Positions 1 through 11,766 of a DNA stretch of 64,000 nt are shown in pieces (the first letter of the stretch is position 1; the number at the start of each line of letters is the position of its first letter). The DNA lies in contig NC_043015.1 in the NCBI RefSeq assembly GCF_006345805.1, forward strand, positions 30,070,001-30,134,000, read 5' to 3'. Both the position numbers and the translations under genes were made by a program. This DNA comes from Octopus sinensis (lineage: Eukaryota). The notes under the pieces are model-generated. The model was not told the origin of the DNA. It did no database searches and saw only the letters and a program-made list of their open reading frames with translations.

Positions 1-17
1 ATACATATATATATATA

Positions 18-403
18 GGCGCAGGAGTGGCTGTGTGGTAAGTAGCTTGTTTACCAATCACATGGTTCCGGGTTCAGTCCCACTGCGTGGCACCTTGGGC
101 AAGTGTCTTCTACTATATAGCCTCGGGCCGACCAAAGCCTTGAGTGGATTTGGTAGACGGAAACTGAAAGAAGCCCGTCCTATATATGTATATATATGTA
201 TGTGCGTGTATGTTTGTCCCCCACCAACATCGCTTGACAACCGATGCTGGTGTGTTTACGTCCCCGTCACTTAGCGGTTCGGCAAAAGAGACCGATAGAA
301 TAACTACTGGGCTTACAAAAGAATAAGTCCCGGGGTCGAGTTGCTCGATTAAAGGCGGTGCTCCAGCATGGCCGCAGTCAAATGACTGAAACAAGTAAAA
401 GAG
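18..403 (+). mobile_element. tRNA-derived SINE family A, full length
   Basis: A-box TGGCTGTGTGG, B-box GGTTCAGTCCC, internal TA/TG microsatellite, tail gactgaaacaagtaaaagag. More than 8 homologous copies in the window. Confidence 0.9.
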
Positions 404-620
404 TATACACATACACACATATATACACATACACACAGATCTATAGATACACATACATGCAATGCATGTATGCACAGGGGTAATGTCTACAATTTGCATT
501 TTTGAAAATCACTCCTTATAAAGTTTAAGTGTCAGCCACTGCGAAACAGCTGTAAGGATCAAACATATTAAGACAAGGCAAGTCAATGTGTTGCAAGATG
601 TTAACGAAGAGTGTACTCAC

Positions 621-3115
621 CTAATCTACTTCCACCAAAACTGGTACTGCTAGTCATGCCTCCAGGCAATGAAACCAACTGCTGCATATGCATAAGACGC
701 TCATGACGCCGCAACTGAGCAATTCCATCTAAAGTGTTGCGCACACTGCACACAAACTCATCAACATTGTGGTTTGCACTCCACCTCTCTAGATTCACGA
801 CTTCCCGCGACGGCACTTGCACTCTGGCCAAACGTGCAGCACAGCGCTGTTGTAATGATGCCATGCGTCGATCTAGCTCATCCAGTTCTTGATGCAGACG
901 TGCAGTCACTTCAGTTATATCACAGGTAGCTGATGCAACTGCACACAGTGTATCAAAGGCCTCATTAGTCGCAGCACCTGGATTATCGTTAATGTTAACT
1001 GGTAAACTTTCACTGTTGGAGAGGTCAACACCTTGAGGGTTTTCTGGACGGCTAATGCTGTGAGCAGAGGGCAGTAGCTCTGGCCTCTCTGGATACTGCG
1101 AGAAACTCCGTCTGTTTTGATGATTGGATTCTTCATAAGGTGGGAGATCATAAATATTTGAAGATGTAGACAGGTTGTCTGAAGAATCCAAATCAGCAGG
1201 GTACACTCTGGAAGAATCCACGTCTTCCCAGTTGAGTAAAGACAGGTTTGGATTAGAATCAGGTATGGAATATTGATTGGGAGCATAGCTTGGGTCAAAG
1301 GGCAGATGTTGTGATGTCTGACCAGTGTGGGTCGTGGAATGTGTGGGCTGGGGCTCAACACTGTCCTTATGACACTGACCTAATGACTTATTGAAATTAT
1401 TTTCTCTAGTCGTACGACCAGAACCTTGATTAGGATGAGTAGAACATACACTACTAGTAGAGGGGACAGGGTTATGTAATCTCAAACGAGAGGATTTTGT
1501 GGGCCGATGACTCTTTCGTGAAGTCCCTGAATTAGATGTTGATTGTATGGAGACATCATTACTGTCCAGAGAAGAACTCGAACCACTGGCAGCTGAATAA
1601 TGACCACTTGAAGAATTCAAGTTTTCTTCTGGAGAATGTAAGAGACTCTCTGACTCTGTTGAGGTACTCGACTCATAATGCTGTTGTTCATGTGGCACTT
1701 TGTTAGAATCAAAACCATGATTATTGCTATAATTACCAGCGCCAGCAGCAGCAGCAGCAGCAGAATGAGAGCTTTTGACAGAACTATGTTCAGGGCATCT
1801 TTTAGAACTAGATTTGTATTTTTCTGGAGAAATTCTAGTGGCAGAGGCAAGCGGTGAAGACAGAGAGGATGTGGAAACTGACGAAGGACACAGCGAAGAG
1901 CTGGAATATGTTGACTGAGCTGCTTGAGAAGAACTGCAAGAGAAGGCAGAAGAAGAAGAAAAAGATCTGGAATCATCTGTAGATCTGGGCAAATTTGAGC
2001 TCGGTGAATGAGGGGGCAGAGAAGTTGATGACGTTAAAGGAAGGAGGGGAAAATAATTACAAGAGTCTTTTAGGGAAGAACTATGTGATGTGGAGGAAGA
2101 ATAAATAGGCGTGGCACAGGGTGTATGTTGGCTACTTGTGGCACAAGATACAGATGTCGGAATACTATTAGTAACAGAGACAGTTTCAGAGGATTGATGC
2201 GAAGACAGTGCAGTAGTAGTGGTAGTACAATTAACATCAGTGGACACTGTAGTGGAACTACTAATGGTGGGGACAGGAGACTTCTGAGGGAGATCTAATC
2301 GCTTGTTTGCTTCAAAACGTGGTCTTTTAGAACCCTTCCCTTCATTGCCAACACTAGAGCTCACTGAACACAAAGGTTTTGTGGTGATTGTTGTTGTTGA
2401 AACAGATAAACTACTTCTATGACCTATCGCTGTGCTGGAGTGTTGCGATGTGTATATTGCTTCAGTTGCCGTCTGTGTAGTACCAGTAATACTCAGGGCT
2501 CGACAAATTGAATGGAAAGCTGATTTAAGTGCTCCAGCCTGTCGCAAACATGGTTTGGCTGTGCTGCTAGAATTACTACTTTCGGAATTTTCCTCCTTCT
2601 TCTGAGCAGGCAGAAGAGGATTATCACTACATGAACTGGTACTGGGGACAGGTTGGCCAGATGTCGATGCTACTGGAGATTCAGAAATGATGCTGGTAGA
2701 AGCTTCGGACTTAGAAGAAGAGCTTTTCGAAAAAGACGGTAAAAGGTTAGTCGGTAAATTACTACTCCTGCTCGTCTCGGGACATGAAATAGGAATGTGG
2801 TCAGGCAAAGGCGGGGGTGGAGAGATTCGGTTGTTTGTCTGAAGTGTGAATGTAGCAGGGATAGATGGAGAGACACTGTTAGCAGCATCTTGCCTGTATG
2901 TTGAACTCAGAGTCTCAAGGATTTGTAAGTTCATTTTACAGGCATCCAACCGTTCCGATAGGTTCTGAGGCAAGCTGTTATTCATGCTAATGGACCTAAA
3001 TGGAGACATTGAGGGCATTCTGCCTGAAGTTGTAGTGGGGCAAGACTGCATTTCAAAAAGTTCACTATTATGGTACTTATTGTTGTTTTTACTATTATTG
3101 TTATTATTATTATTA

Positions 3116-3152
<37 letters not shown>

Positions 3153-5759
3153 CGTTATTACAATTAGTGTTGTTGAGAGTGGTTGAAGGAGAAGGGATAA
3201 AGCTGTTACTGCTGTCAGTATCTATTTCATCACAGTTGTTGTTTTGGGAGACGCACTCTACATTCGGTGTTAATCTCATGGAGACACTGGTGCTTGCTAT
3301 GGGGGGAGTCTTCAGAACCGATGCTGCCATGGAGGTACTGGCACGGCTCAATCCAGCATCTGCAATGTTGAAAGCTGAAGAGGCCGGATTGTTGTTCTGA
3401 ATTTCTGGAAAGAGTAATTCCGAATGTTCAGCAGATGATACGGGAGAAGGAGAAGGAGAGACTGGAGTAAAAGACGAATTTAAGTGAGTATTACTGCCAC
3501 TGGTGCTGGTACCATTGAGATCTGTGGAATTGGAGTTGTAAGAGGACTGAGACTGGTCACTGCGAGGAAACTTCATTTTAACGTGGCTGTCTTCATCGGT
3601 AGAAGACGAGAAGGGTCGTTTCAGAGAATTAGTTAAATTGAAGAGAAGGTTTTTCTTAACTGAGTCAGTGTACTGATTAAAAGAGTGTTTCCGTGACCAG
3701 ACAGAAGAGTTCTTGCCAGGAAGAGATACCTGGGATAATGGTACAGTGGTGTCTGAATTCTTGATATCCTGTGTCATTATAGGAGTATCCGAAGAGGTCA
3801 GACTGGCTGCAGGGAAAGTCTTGGGGAATTTTCTGAAGGAAGACGAGGAATTGCAGGTAACGTTTTTATTCTTACCATAAGAGGATTTCTGATTAAGGCG
3901 GAGAAGAGAGGTTTTAGTTGATTTGTCAGAACCATAAGTGAGACCAGTCGACCATTTGTAATCGGCAACACTAGCAGAATGAGAAGAGGATGAAGTAGGG
4001 GTGTAATTAGAAGTAGAAGCGAGAGAAGAAAATGATTTCTCGGAATAGACTCCATTATGGCCATTGGTGCTGGAACAGACAGCAAGATCCGATGAGAGTT
4101 TGTCAGAAACTAAAGATTTTTTACTAGTTGAACCGACATCAGAATCAACTGAAGCTGAACAGCTACAAGTTTTACTGAAGTATTCAGAAAATCTGGATAC
4201 TTTCCTATCTGAAGAATCCTTATTTCTTTTAGACTGGTTCCTATGAGACACTAACTTACATTTTGGACAGAAAGATAATAATGGCATTGATTCTGAACAG
4301 GCTTCATCAGTATTATGTTTATTATCATTATTAGTGCTAATTCTACTACTACTACTATTATTCTTATTATTAACTAGAGAATAGTATTTTGTATCTTCTA
4401 AAGAATTAGGTACCGAATTCAAGTTACGTTGGTCATTATTGTTTGAGGCAAAGAGATCGTTTGTTTCTGAGTGAATACTGGTAGAATTAGAAAGAGGGCG
4501 AGGGGCGAGGGTAGAGTAGAAGTCTTTCTTTAAGATTGATGACCCATGTGATGATGATGCCGGTGAAGAACTGGCAGAAGACAACAATCTAGCTGAAGAT
4601 GGTGAAGTATCAGCAGCGGCGGCAGCAGAAGCAGCAGAGATGGAAGTCACAAAAGGAAATATGTTTTCAGAACTGACAGGGGTAGAAACGGTACTGTTGT
4701 TTTTGGAAATATCCTCAGTAGAAAATGACGAAGAAAAAGAAGCAGAGGAACCGGAAGAAGAGAAAGAAGTGGAAGAGGAAGGGGAGGGAGAAGACTTAAA
4801 GTTTTCAGTAGATTCACCGTTACACCCAGGGCTTGAACCGGGATCTGGGAAAGAACTGTTCAAATGGTGACTGTTCAATACTGATGAGGATAAGTTACTA
4901 AGTGTAGAGGTGCTCGAACCGGTCGACTGATTTTTTGTATTTGGACCACGACTGGTGCCGCAGCCGTTACCACTGCTGCTGCTGCTAGCAGACAGAGAAG
5001 AAGCTGTGGAGGGTCTCATCATCCAAGGCATGGGCAAATCAGTGTCACCGCCTCCGTTATTTGAGTGCTTGTATAACAGGCGCCGTCGGAAAGGTTGAGG
5101 AAGTGGCCTCCATGCCAGCAACCTAGAGGGACGGGAAAAATCAGAAGAGACTTGTTTATTTACAGTGTCTGAGTTTGTTAACCTAGAATCTGTATTACTA
5201 GTGGTGTTATTATTATTATTACTACTACTACTGCTACTTCTACCTAGCTGGCCAAGCCGGTGACTGTCAAAGGATTGGTCAGCAGGACTGGAATTGGTCA
5301 ATACTGTACTGGGCAAGGAATTCAAAAGGCTGGACCTCCTCATTGGCTGTCTTTGACTGCTAGAATAGTTATTATCACTCTGCAGGGACGAGTCAGTTGG
5401 ACTGAGGTTCAAATCGTAGTCAGATACTGGAGTGGAAAAATTTACAGATGATGATGTCGAAGGAACAGCAGTTGAAGCAGCGGCGGCAGCAGCAGCAGAA
5501 ACAGCAGATCTTGTTGGGTTGTAGAAAGCAGAGTGATAGGAACCACCGATGAAATCTTGACGCCTGCGTGGTCTGTCCTGTAGGTTTTGAATGGAAAGGC
5601 GAGCATCGTCCAGGGCACCACGGACTACTTCGGAAATCTCAGCAGCATACTGACGTGCATAGCGAAGGTTGTCTTCATGGACCGGAGACTGTGGTGCTAT
5701 CAAACTGACATATGGCAACAGTTCATCATCAAGGCCCATGGAAGTAGGAATACTAGAGT
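621..5759 (-). CDS. AMBRA1: AMBRA1 giant coding exon 7, about 1,713 aa Ser/Asn/Thr-rich disordered region; gene continues left of the window
   Basis: Core of ORF 601..5817. Acceptor ctttgtctttcag at 5760-61 and donor GTGAGT at 620-619. 5,139 nt, no stops, phase 1 in and out. Confidence 0.88.
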
Positions 5760-5849
5760 CTGAAAGACAAAGGGAATGGTATTTAGTTCTTGAACAAAGA
5801 TGAAAGACAAAAAACACTTGATCACTGGGAGATATATCAATGGCATTAA

Positions 5850-6457
5850 CCCTTTTGTTACTGTATTTATTTTGAGATGCTCTGTGTTTCTTTCAATTAC
5901 TTTAAATATAACAAAGAATTTAGTAATCGAAATTGAAACTGGCACGTAAAAAGCACTATCCGAATCGTGGTTTATACCAGCGCCGCCTTGACTGGCTTCC
6001 ATGCCGGTGGCATGTAAAAAGCACCATCCAAATCGTGGCCGATGCCAGTGCCACCTCGACTGGCTTCCGTGCCGGTGGCATGTAAAATGCACCAATCTGA
6101 TCGTGGCCATTGCCAGCCTCGCCTGGCGCCTGTGCAGGTGGCACGTAAAAAGCACCCACTACACTCACGGAGTGGTTGGCGTTAGGAAGGGCATCCAGCT
6201 GTAGAAACATTGCCAGATAAGACCGGAGCCTGGTGCAGCCTTCTGGCTTCCCAGATCCCCGGTCGAACCATCCAACCCATGCTAGTATGGAGAACGGACA
6301 TTAAATGATGATGATGATGAACTCAGTTATCATTAAGCTAGTGTTAGGAACATAAACTGTGACTAAGGTTTGGAAGATTTTAATTCAAAACTTATGAAAA
6401 CAAGACATTTGTACTATAGAGCCAAAGCCAGTTTCAGCCAGGTTGGTAACAAAAGGG
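5850..6457. mobile_element. piggyBac-type MITE (family P1) with a nested SINE
   Basis: TTAA on both flanks; 12-bp TIR CCCTTTTGTTAC. Confidence 0.85.
5927..6320 (+). mobile_element. SINE family C with (GAT)n tail, nested in a piggyBac-type MITE
   Basis: Core gttggcgttaggaagggcatccagctgtagaaac, internally repeated gccggtggcacgtaaaaagcacc units, (GAT)n tail. Confidence 0.88.
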
Positions 6458-7307
6458 TTAAGGGAAATGCTGCCAACAGTGGGAATAGGTTGTTTCCAGC
6501 AGTGTGATTAAGAAGTTTGCTTTGCAACTACATGATTTGGGGTTCAATCTGGATGTGTAGTATACTGGGTTAGTGTATTCTACCCTAGCCACAATTCAAC
6601 CAAAGTACTGTGAGTGAAATTCGGTAAGGGGTGGCCTATCAAAGAGACTGTTTCAGTTCTTGGGCGGTAGATTTAATCTGTGATCCAGTACACCACAACC
6701 ACCATTGCTGCCACCACCATACTGGCAATGGCTTACAACAACAATCAGGGAAGAGCTACTGAGTGGTTATCTAACAAGAAGAACTATACACTGGATGATG
6801 TGAGCTTACATTATGCTAAACTTGAAGGACGTAGCAGGAATGCCTCCCATGATCAGAGAATAGCCCACACACAGCTGAAGATGCTAAACAGTAGTTAACA
6901 AGGTAGATCAAATACACCACCTGGTTCAACGCAACCACCTAGTCTTTAAGCAGGTGTTCACTCTGACCCCAAAATGCAACATTATTCCTTGACCAAAGGT
7001 TAGCAACAGCCACATCAGTCTCAAGAGCCTGAAAGAAACTGCAAAGGTGAAAGCCATGGGTACTTCTGCCTCTTCTCATAACCGACTTATTCAAAGACAA
7101 TAATCATCTCTACTACAACTCAGGATCCAAATGGTAGTGAAAAGCTACAGACGGAACCTGAACCATTGACCCTTGCCATGCTAACACAAGAATTAATGTC
7201 TAGCTCCTTACAAATAAACCTTGAGGAATCTTCTCAAAAACACTAAATAAATATCATTAAAAATTCAATAAAAACACAGTGTTCTTGAAATTAAGCTGAG
7301 TATTTAC

Positions 7308-7420
7308 CAAGAGTGCTGGGGATTTCACTCTGGGATCTTTCATAATTTTGATACTGGCGCAGGACTTCCTGATAACGTTCTTGAATTTGGCGCCGTCTGC
7401 TTCTCAAATCTGAACGGAGT
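7308..7420 (-). CDS. AMBRA1: AMBRA1 coding exon 6 (LRSDLRSRRRQIQERYQEVLRQYQNYERSQSEIPSTL)
   Basis: 113 nt, ttttccag/GTAAAT junctions, open frame. Phase 2 in and phase 1 out bridges exon 5 and the giant exon exactly. Confidence 0.85.
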
Positions 7421-7657
7421 CTGGAAAAAAATGTATACATGTATGTTGTGTAAAAAGATAAAGATTAAATCAGGTAGGACAGTCTTAACGAAAACACAAT
7501 AATAATAATAATGATAATAATAACAATAACAATAATAATAATTGAAATTAATAAAGTTAAAAATGAAATAATGTGGTTAGGTATGTACATATCCACTCAC
7601 TCACTCTTTTTCAATCATAGAAACAAAGAAACAAGATGTGAAATAAGGTCTGTTTAC

Positions 7658-7759
7658 CCAGTTGAGCTCCTGTTTCCTACATGGATCCGTGGCTGGATGG
7701 TTGTGTTATTGGCAATCCCTGTGTAGAGATAATGTCCAAGCGGATCAAAGCAGAGCCAT
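7658..7759 (-). CDS. AMBRA1: AMBRA1 coding exon 5 (WLCFDPLGHYLYTGIANNTTIQPRIHVGNRSSTG)
   Basis: 102 nt, ttttcag/GTAAAC junctions. FDPLGHYL is conserved in AMBRA1. Confidence 0.93.
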
Positions 7760-7925
7760 CTGAAAAAGAAGAAAAAAAACGATTACATTACATTCACATC
7801 TTATATAACCTTTGCTTTTTGTTTTCGTTTAGAGTTAGCCACTATTTTAATGAGAAAGTGGATGGGTACCAAAGACGAGATAGTACGTACAGGAGAGGTG
7901 GCTGCAGTGATATAGATGATGTTTT

Positions 7926-8372
7926 CCCTGGACATGGACACATTGAAACTCCGACGTCTGGCAGCTGACTTGGCAGACACCCATAAAATTACCAACCATC
8001 TTACAAACAATAACTCTGAGCACCTTTTCAAACTCCTTCTGTCTAACACCCGTGGACATGTTTACAAAGTCAGAAAACAGCACAGCTCCTTCCATGACTT
8101 CAGGAAACATTTTTTCACGCTCAGAGTTGCTGAAGCATGGAACAAGCTGCCGGCATCAGTTGTTAGTTGTCGGAGCACTGCATCCTTCAAAACTTCCATG
8201 CTTCCTGAGATTCGCCAACACTACACCTGATTTTCTCCTCTCCATACACACACAGGCATGTATCTGACTCATACGTTGTTCGCTTTCCAGACATTTGTAC
8301 ATTACTGCATATACTCTGACAAGTTGTGGTGCACCTGAGCACTGTATACAATAATTTCATTATTATTATTAT
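7926..8372 (+). mobile_element. 3' end of a CR1/L2-type LINE (ORF2 C-terminus, 3'UTR, (ATT)n tail), antisense in an AMBRA1 intron
   Basis: LRRLAADL...TRGH..K.RK...RKHFFTLRVAEAWNKLP..VV....ASFK motif. Confidence 0.85.
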
Positions 8373-8740
8373 TTTATAAAGCCAAACAGCTGTGTTATAT
8401 GTAAAACTTGCATGTCTGGAAGGGCTATTTCATGCTCAGCTGAATAAGACACCTGGTAACAACATTTCATACACAGGTGCAACTGATTGTTGACAGACTG
8501 AGTGGGGCAACCAGTGACATGTAAACTGAGACAGTTTTTTTCACTGAGAATCATTAAATTTTTAAAAGAGGTAGAAGAACACTGCAGGTTCAGACAAATA
8601 GTCGTTTTGAAATGTTAAAAAGAAATCTCGAGAACATTCATAACTAAGCTGCTGTTATCAGCATGGTTGTTTTACATCCACTTTTCCATGCTGGCATAAG
8701 TTGGACAGGCTTTCTAATAGTGTTTTATAGTCTAATTGTG

Positions 8741-9460
8741 TAGCTAGTCAAGCCAGTTAGCCAGCCGTGCGGCTAGCCGAGCCAGTTAGCCAGTCAGGCA
8801 GCTAGCTGAACCAGTTAGCCAGCCGTGCAACTAGCCGAGCCAGTTAGCCAGTCATGCGGCTAGTTGAGCCAGTTAGCCAGCCATGTGGCTAGCTGAGCTA
8901 GTTAGCCAGTCATGTGGCTAGCTGAGCCAGTTAGCCAGTCATGTGGCTAGCTGAGCCAGTTAGCCAGTCGTGTGGCTAGCCGAGCCAGTTAGCCAGCCGT
9001 GTGGCGTGGCTAGCCGAGCCAGTTAGCCAGCCGTGCGGCTAGCTGAGCAAGTTAGCCAACCGTGCGGCTAGTCGACCCACTTAGCCAGTCGTGCGGCTAG
9101 CCGAGCCAGTTAGCCAGTCGTGCGGCTAGCCGAGCCAGTTAGCCAGTCATGCAGCTGGCCGAGCCAGTTAGCCAGTCGTGTGGCTAGCCGAGCCAGTTAG
9201 CCAGCCGTGCGGCTAGCTGAGCCAGTTAGCCAACCGTGCGGCTAGTCGACCCACTTAGCCAGTCGTGCGGCTAGCCAAGCCAGTTAGCCAGTCATGCAGC
9301 TAGCCGAGCCAGTTAGCCAGTCTTGCGGCAAGCCAAGCCAGTTAGCCAGTCAGGCAGCTAGCTGAACCAGTTAGCAAGCTGTGCAGCTAGCCAAGCCAGT
9401 TAGCCAGTTGTGCTGCTAGCCAAGCCAGTTAGCCAATTATGTAGCCAGCTGAGCTTGTCA
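8741..9460. repeat. 29-bp GC-rich minisatellite, about 24 copies, in an AMBRA1 intron
   Basis: Unit agccagttagccagccgtgcggctagccg with variants. Confidence 0.92.
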
Positions 9461-9624
9461 GCCAGAAGAGTAGTTGCCAAGCCAGGCATAGCTAACTAGG
9501 CTAAACTAATTAACTGGTTCAGATACCTAAATGACTATTTATTGAAGCTAGCCAATTAGTTAAATTCAGTACATCAAACATTTACTTAACTCGGTATTAA
9601 AGAGAGATTTAAAAGTGTACTCAC

Positions 9625-9800
9625 CTGACTCTTTCAAAACTACGGGCTGTCTTACAGCAGGCAAACGGTTGGCTTTTACTCCAGTCCCAGAAGTAAATCT
9701 CATCAGCAGTGGCAAAGACCAACACATGGTCTGTCGGATGAAAAGCCAAAGTGGCAATTACAGAACCATGTGGCGCAGTCCACACTTCACTGCCACGACC
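9625..9800 (-). CDS. AMBRA1: AMBRA1 coding exon 4, WD40 (GRGSEVW...IATLAFHPTDHVLVFATADEIYFWDWSKSQPF...FERVR)
   Basis: 176 nt, ctttcag/GTGAGT junctions. Matches AMBRA1 IASLAFHP...EIHFWDWS...ERVR. Not in the supplied ORF track in this frame. Confidence 0.95.
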
Positions 9801-9951
9801 CTGAAAGCAAAGAAATTTCTGTTGAACAGGTGCAAGACAAGATTATTTAACAAAAACAGCAGTGACACTGACTTTGAAGTATTGGCTTGCTTAGCCTTCA
9901 TCTGAGATTTGGAAGCCATTGACAACACTATTCTTGCAAAAGAACAATGAA

Positions 9952-10188
9952 TACCTATTTCTTTACTACCTACAAGGGGCTAAACACAGAGAGGACAAAC
10001 AAGGACAGACACACGGATTAAGTCGATTATATCAACCCCAGTGCGTAACTCGTACTTTATTTACCGACCCCGAAAGGATGAAAGGCAAAGTCGACCTCAG
10101 TGGAATTTGAACGCAGAATGTAACGACAGACGAAATACGGCTACACATTTCGCCTAGTATGCTAACGTTTCTGCCAGCTTGCCGCTTT
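9952..10188 (-). mobile_element. tRNA-derived SINE family B, monomer
   Basis: Head GGCGGCGAGCTGGCAGAAACGTTAGC...GAGTTCAAATTCC, body gtcgactttgcctttcatcctttcgggg, tail ccccttgtgggtagtaaagaaatag. Confidence 0.9.
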
Positions 10189-10300
10189 TATATGTTGAAT
10201 ATATGTTCTACAAAAAGTTTTAAGTAATCCTTTGGCTTAATGTAAAAGAGTAAAGACCCACTTTGGTTACGAGTGACAATGGGATTGCACCTATTAAGTT

Positions 10301-10596
10301 GTGGAGGCACATGGCCTAGTGGTTAGAGCAGTGGACTCACGGTCGAGGGATCATGGGTTCGAATCTCAGACAGGGCGGTGTGTGTGTTTATGAGCAAAAC
10401 ACCTAAGCTCCACGCGTCTCCGGCAGAAGGTAATGGCAAACTTCTGCTGACTCTTTCGCCACAAATTTCTCTCACTCTTTCCTCCTGCATCTTGCAGTTC
10501 ACCTGCAACGGACTGGCGTCCCGTCCAGGTGGGGAACCTATACGCCAAAGAAACTGGGAAACCGGCCCTAATGAGCCAGGCATGGCTCGAGAAGGA
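10301..10596 (+). mobile_element. tRNA-derived SINE with a V-domain-like core and 12-bp TSD
   Basis: Head TGGCCTAGTGGTTAGAGC...GGTTCGAATC, core tgcaacggactggcgtcccgtccagg, TSD ACCTATTAAGTT at 10289-300 and 10597-608. Confidence 0.8.
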
Positions 10597-10609
10597 ACCT
10601 ATTAAGTTA

Positions 10610-11355
10610 CTCTCCAAAGAAGAAGCCTGGGTAAGGTTCTTTATGGAAGACCAGCAGTTGCCCATGCATACCAGCCTCCACCTCTCCATGCCATTATATG
10701 TGCATATAATAAGGGGAAAGATACCCTTTGGTTATGGATGACAATGGGATTACACCTATTAAGTTACCCTCCGAGGCACACGTTTGGGCAAGGTTGTTTA
10801 TGGAAGACCAGCAGTCGCACATGCATGCCAGCCTCCCCTTTCCATGCCACCAGTGTTATCCAAGGGAAAGGCAAAGGCTGATACAGCTTGGCACCAGTGA
10901 TGTTGCAACTCATTTCTACAACTGAGTGAACTGGAGCAATGTGAAATGAAGAGACTTGCTCAAGAACACAACACACAGTCTGGCCTGGGAATCAAACTCA
11001 CTACCTCATGAATGTGAGCCCAATGCTCTAACCACTGAAACATGCACCTTTGCAATTTAATGTAAAACTGCTTTTATAATAAGTCAACATAAAAAAAAAT
11101 ATATATATATATATATACAAACATATAGATATATATTTCAAAAGGATCAAAGGTCCTTCTTGAGCCATGGGCTCATAAGGCCAGTTTCCTGCATTCTGTG
11201 TTGGGATTACACATTTTTGCTATCTGAGGTGGACTGGAGCAACATGTAATGAAATGCTTAGCTCAAGAACACAACACACCACCCAGTCCAAGAATTGAAA
11301 CCACAATCTTATGATTATGAGTCCAACACCCTAACCACTAAGCCATACACTTCCA
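10610..11355 (-). mobile_element. Cluster of older tRNA-headed SINE copies (heads near 11050 and 11350)
   Basis: Reverse-complement heads gtggttagagcattgggctcac and gtggttagggtgttggactc, with a shared ttgctccagt body. Confidence 0.65.
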
Positions 11356-11368
11356 CACGCATATATAT

Positions 11369-11766
11369 GTATTTCTTTATTGCCCACAGGGGGCTAAACA
11401 TAGAGGAGACAAACAAGGACAGACAAGGGGATTAAGTCGATTATATCGACCCCAGTGCGTAACTGGTACTTATTTAATCGACCCTGAAAGGATGAAAGGC
11501 AATGTCGACCTCAGCGGAATTTGAACTCAGAACGTAGCGGCAGACGAAATACCTATTTCTTTATTACCCACAAGGGGCTAAACACAGAGGGGACAAACAA
11601 GGACAGACAAACAAATTAAGTAGATTATATCGACCCCAGTGCGTAACTGGTACTTATTTAATCGACCCCGAAAGGATGAAAGGCAAAGTCGACCTCAGAA
11701 CGTAGCGGCAGATGAAATACTGCTAGGCATTTCGCCCAGCGTGCTAACGCTTCTGCCAGCTCGCCA
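11369..11766 (-). mobile_element. SINE family B, dimer
   Basis: Two units with the recurrent junction at about 11548. Confidence 0.9.

Noticed and set aside
915-5451. Short alternative-frame and antisense ORFs overlapping the giant exon
   Set aside because: By-products of a low-complexity coding sequence; no recognisable domains or splice support.
5760-5817. ATG of ORF 601..5817 as a single-exon 1738-aa gene
   Set aside because: The first codons are intron (polypyrimidine tract + AG at 5760-61), upstream exons splice in phase, and the ORF's last residues run through a GTGAGT donor.
8741-9460. 29-bp and 31-bp (43977-44471) arrays as CRISPR
   Set aside because: Contiguous tandem units with no unique spacers, eukaryotic context, no cas genes.
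10301-10375. tRNA gene calls for SINE heads
   Set aside because: A/B boxes are present but the acceptor stems are incomplete and each continues into a multi-copy SINE body.
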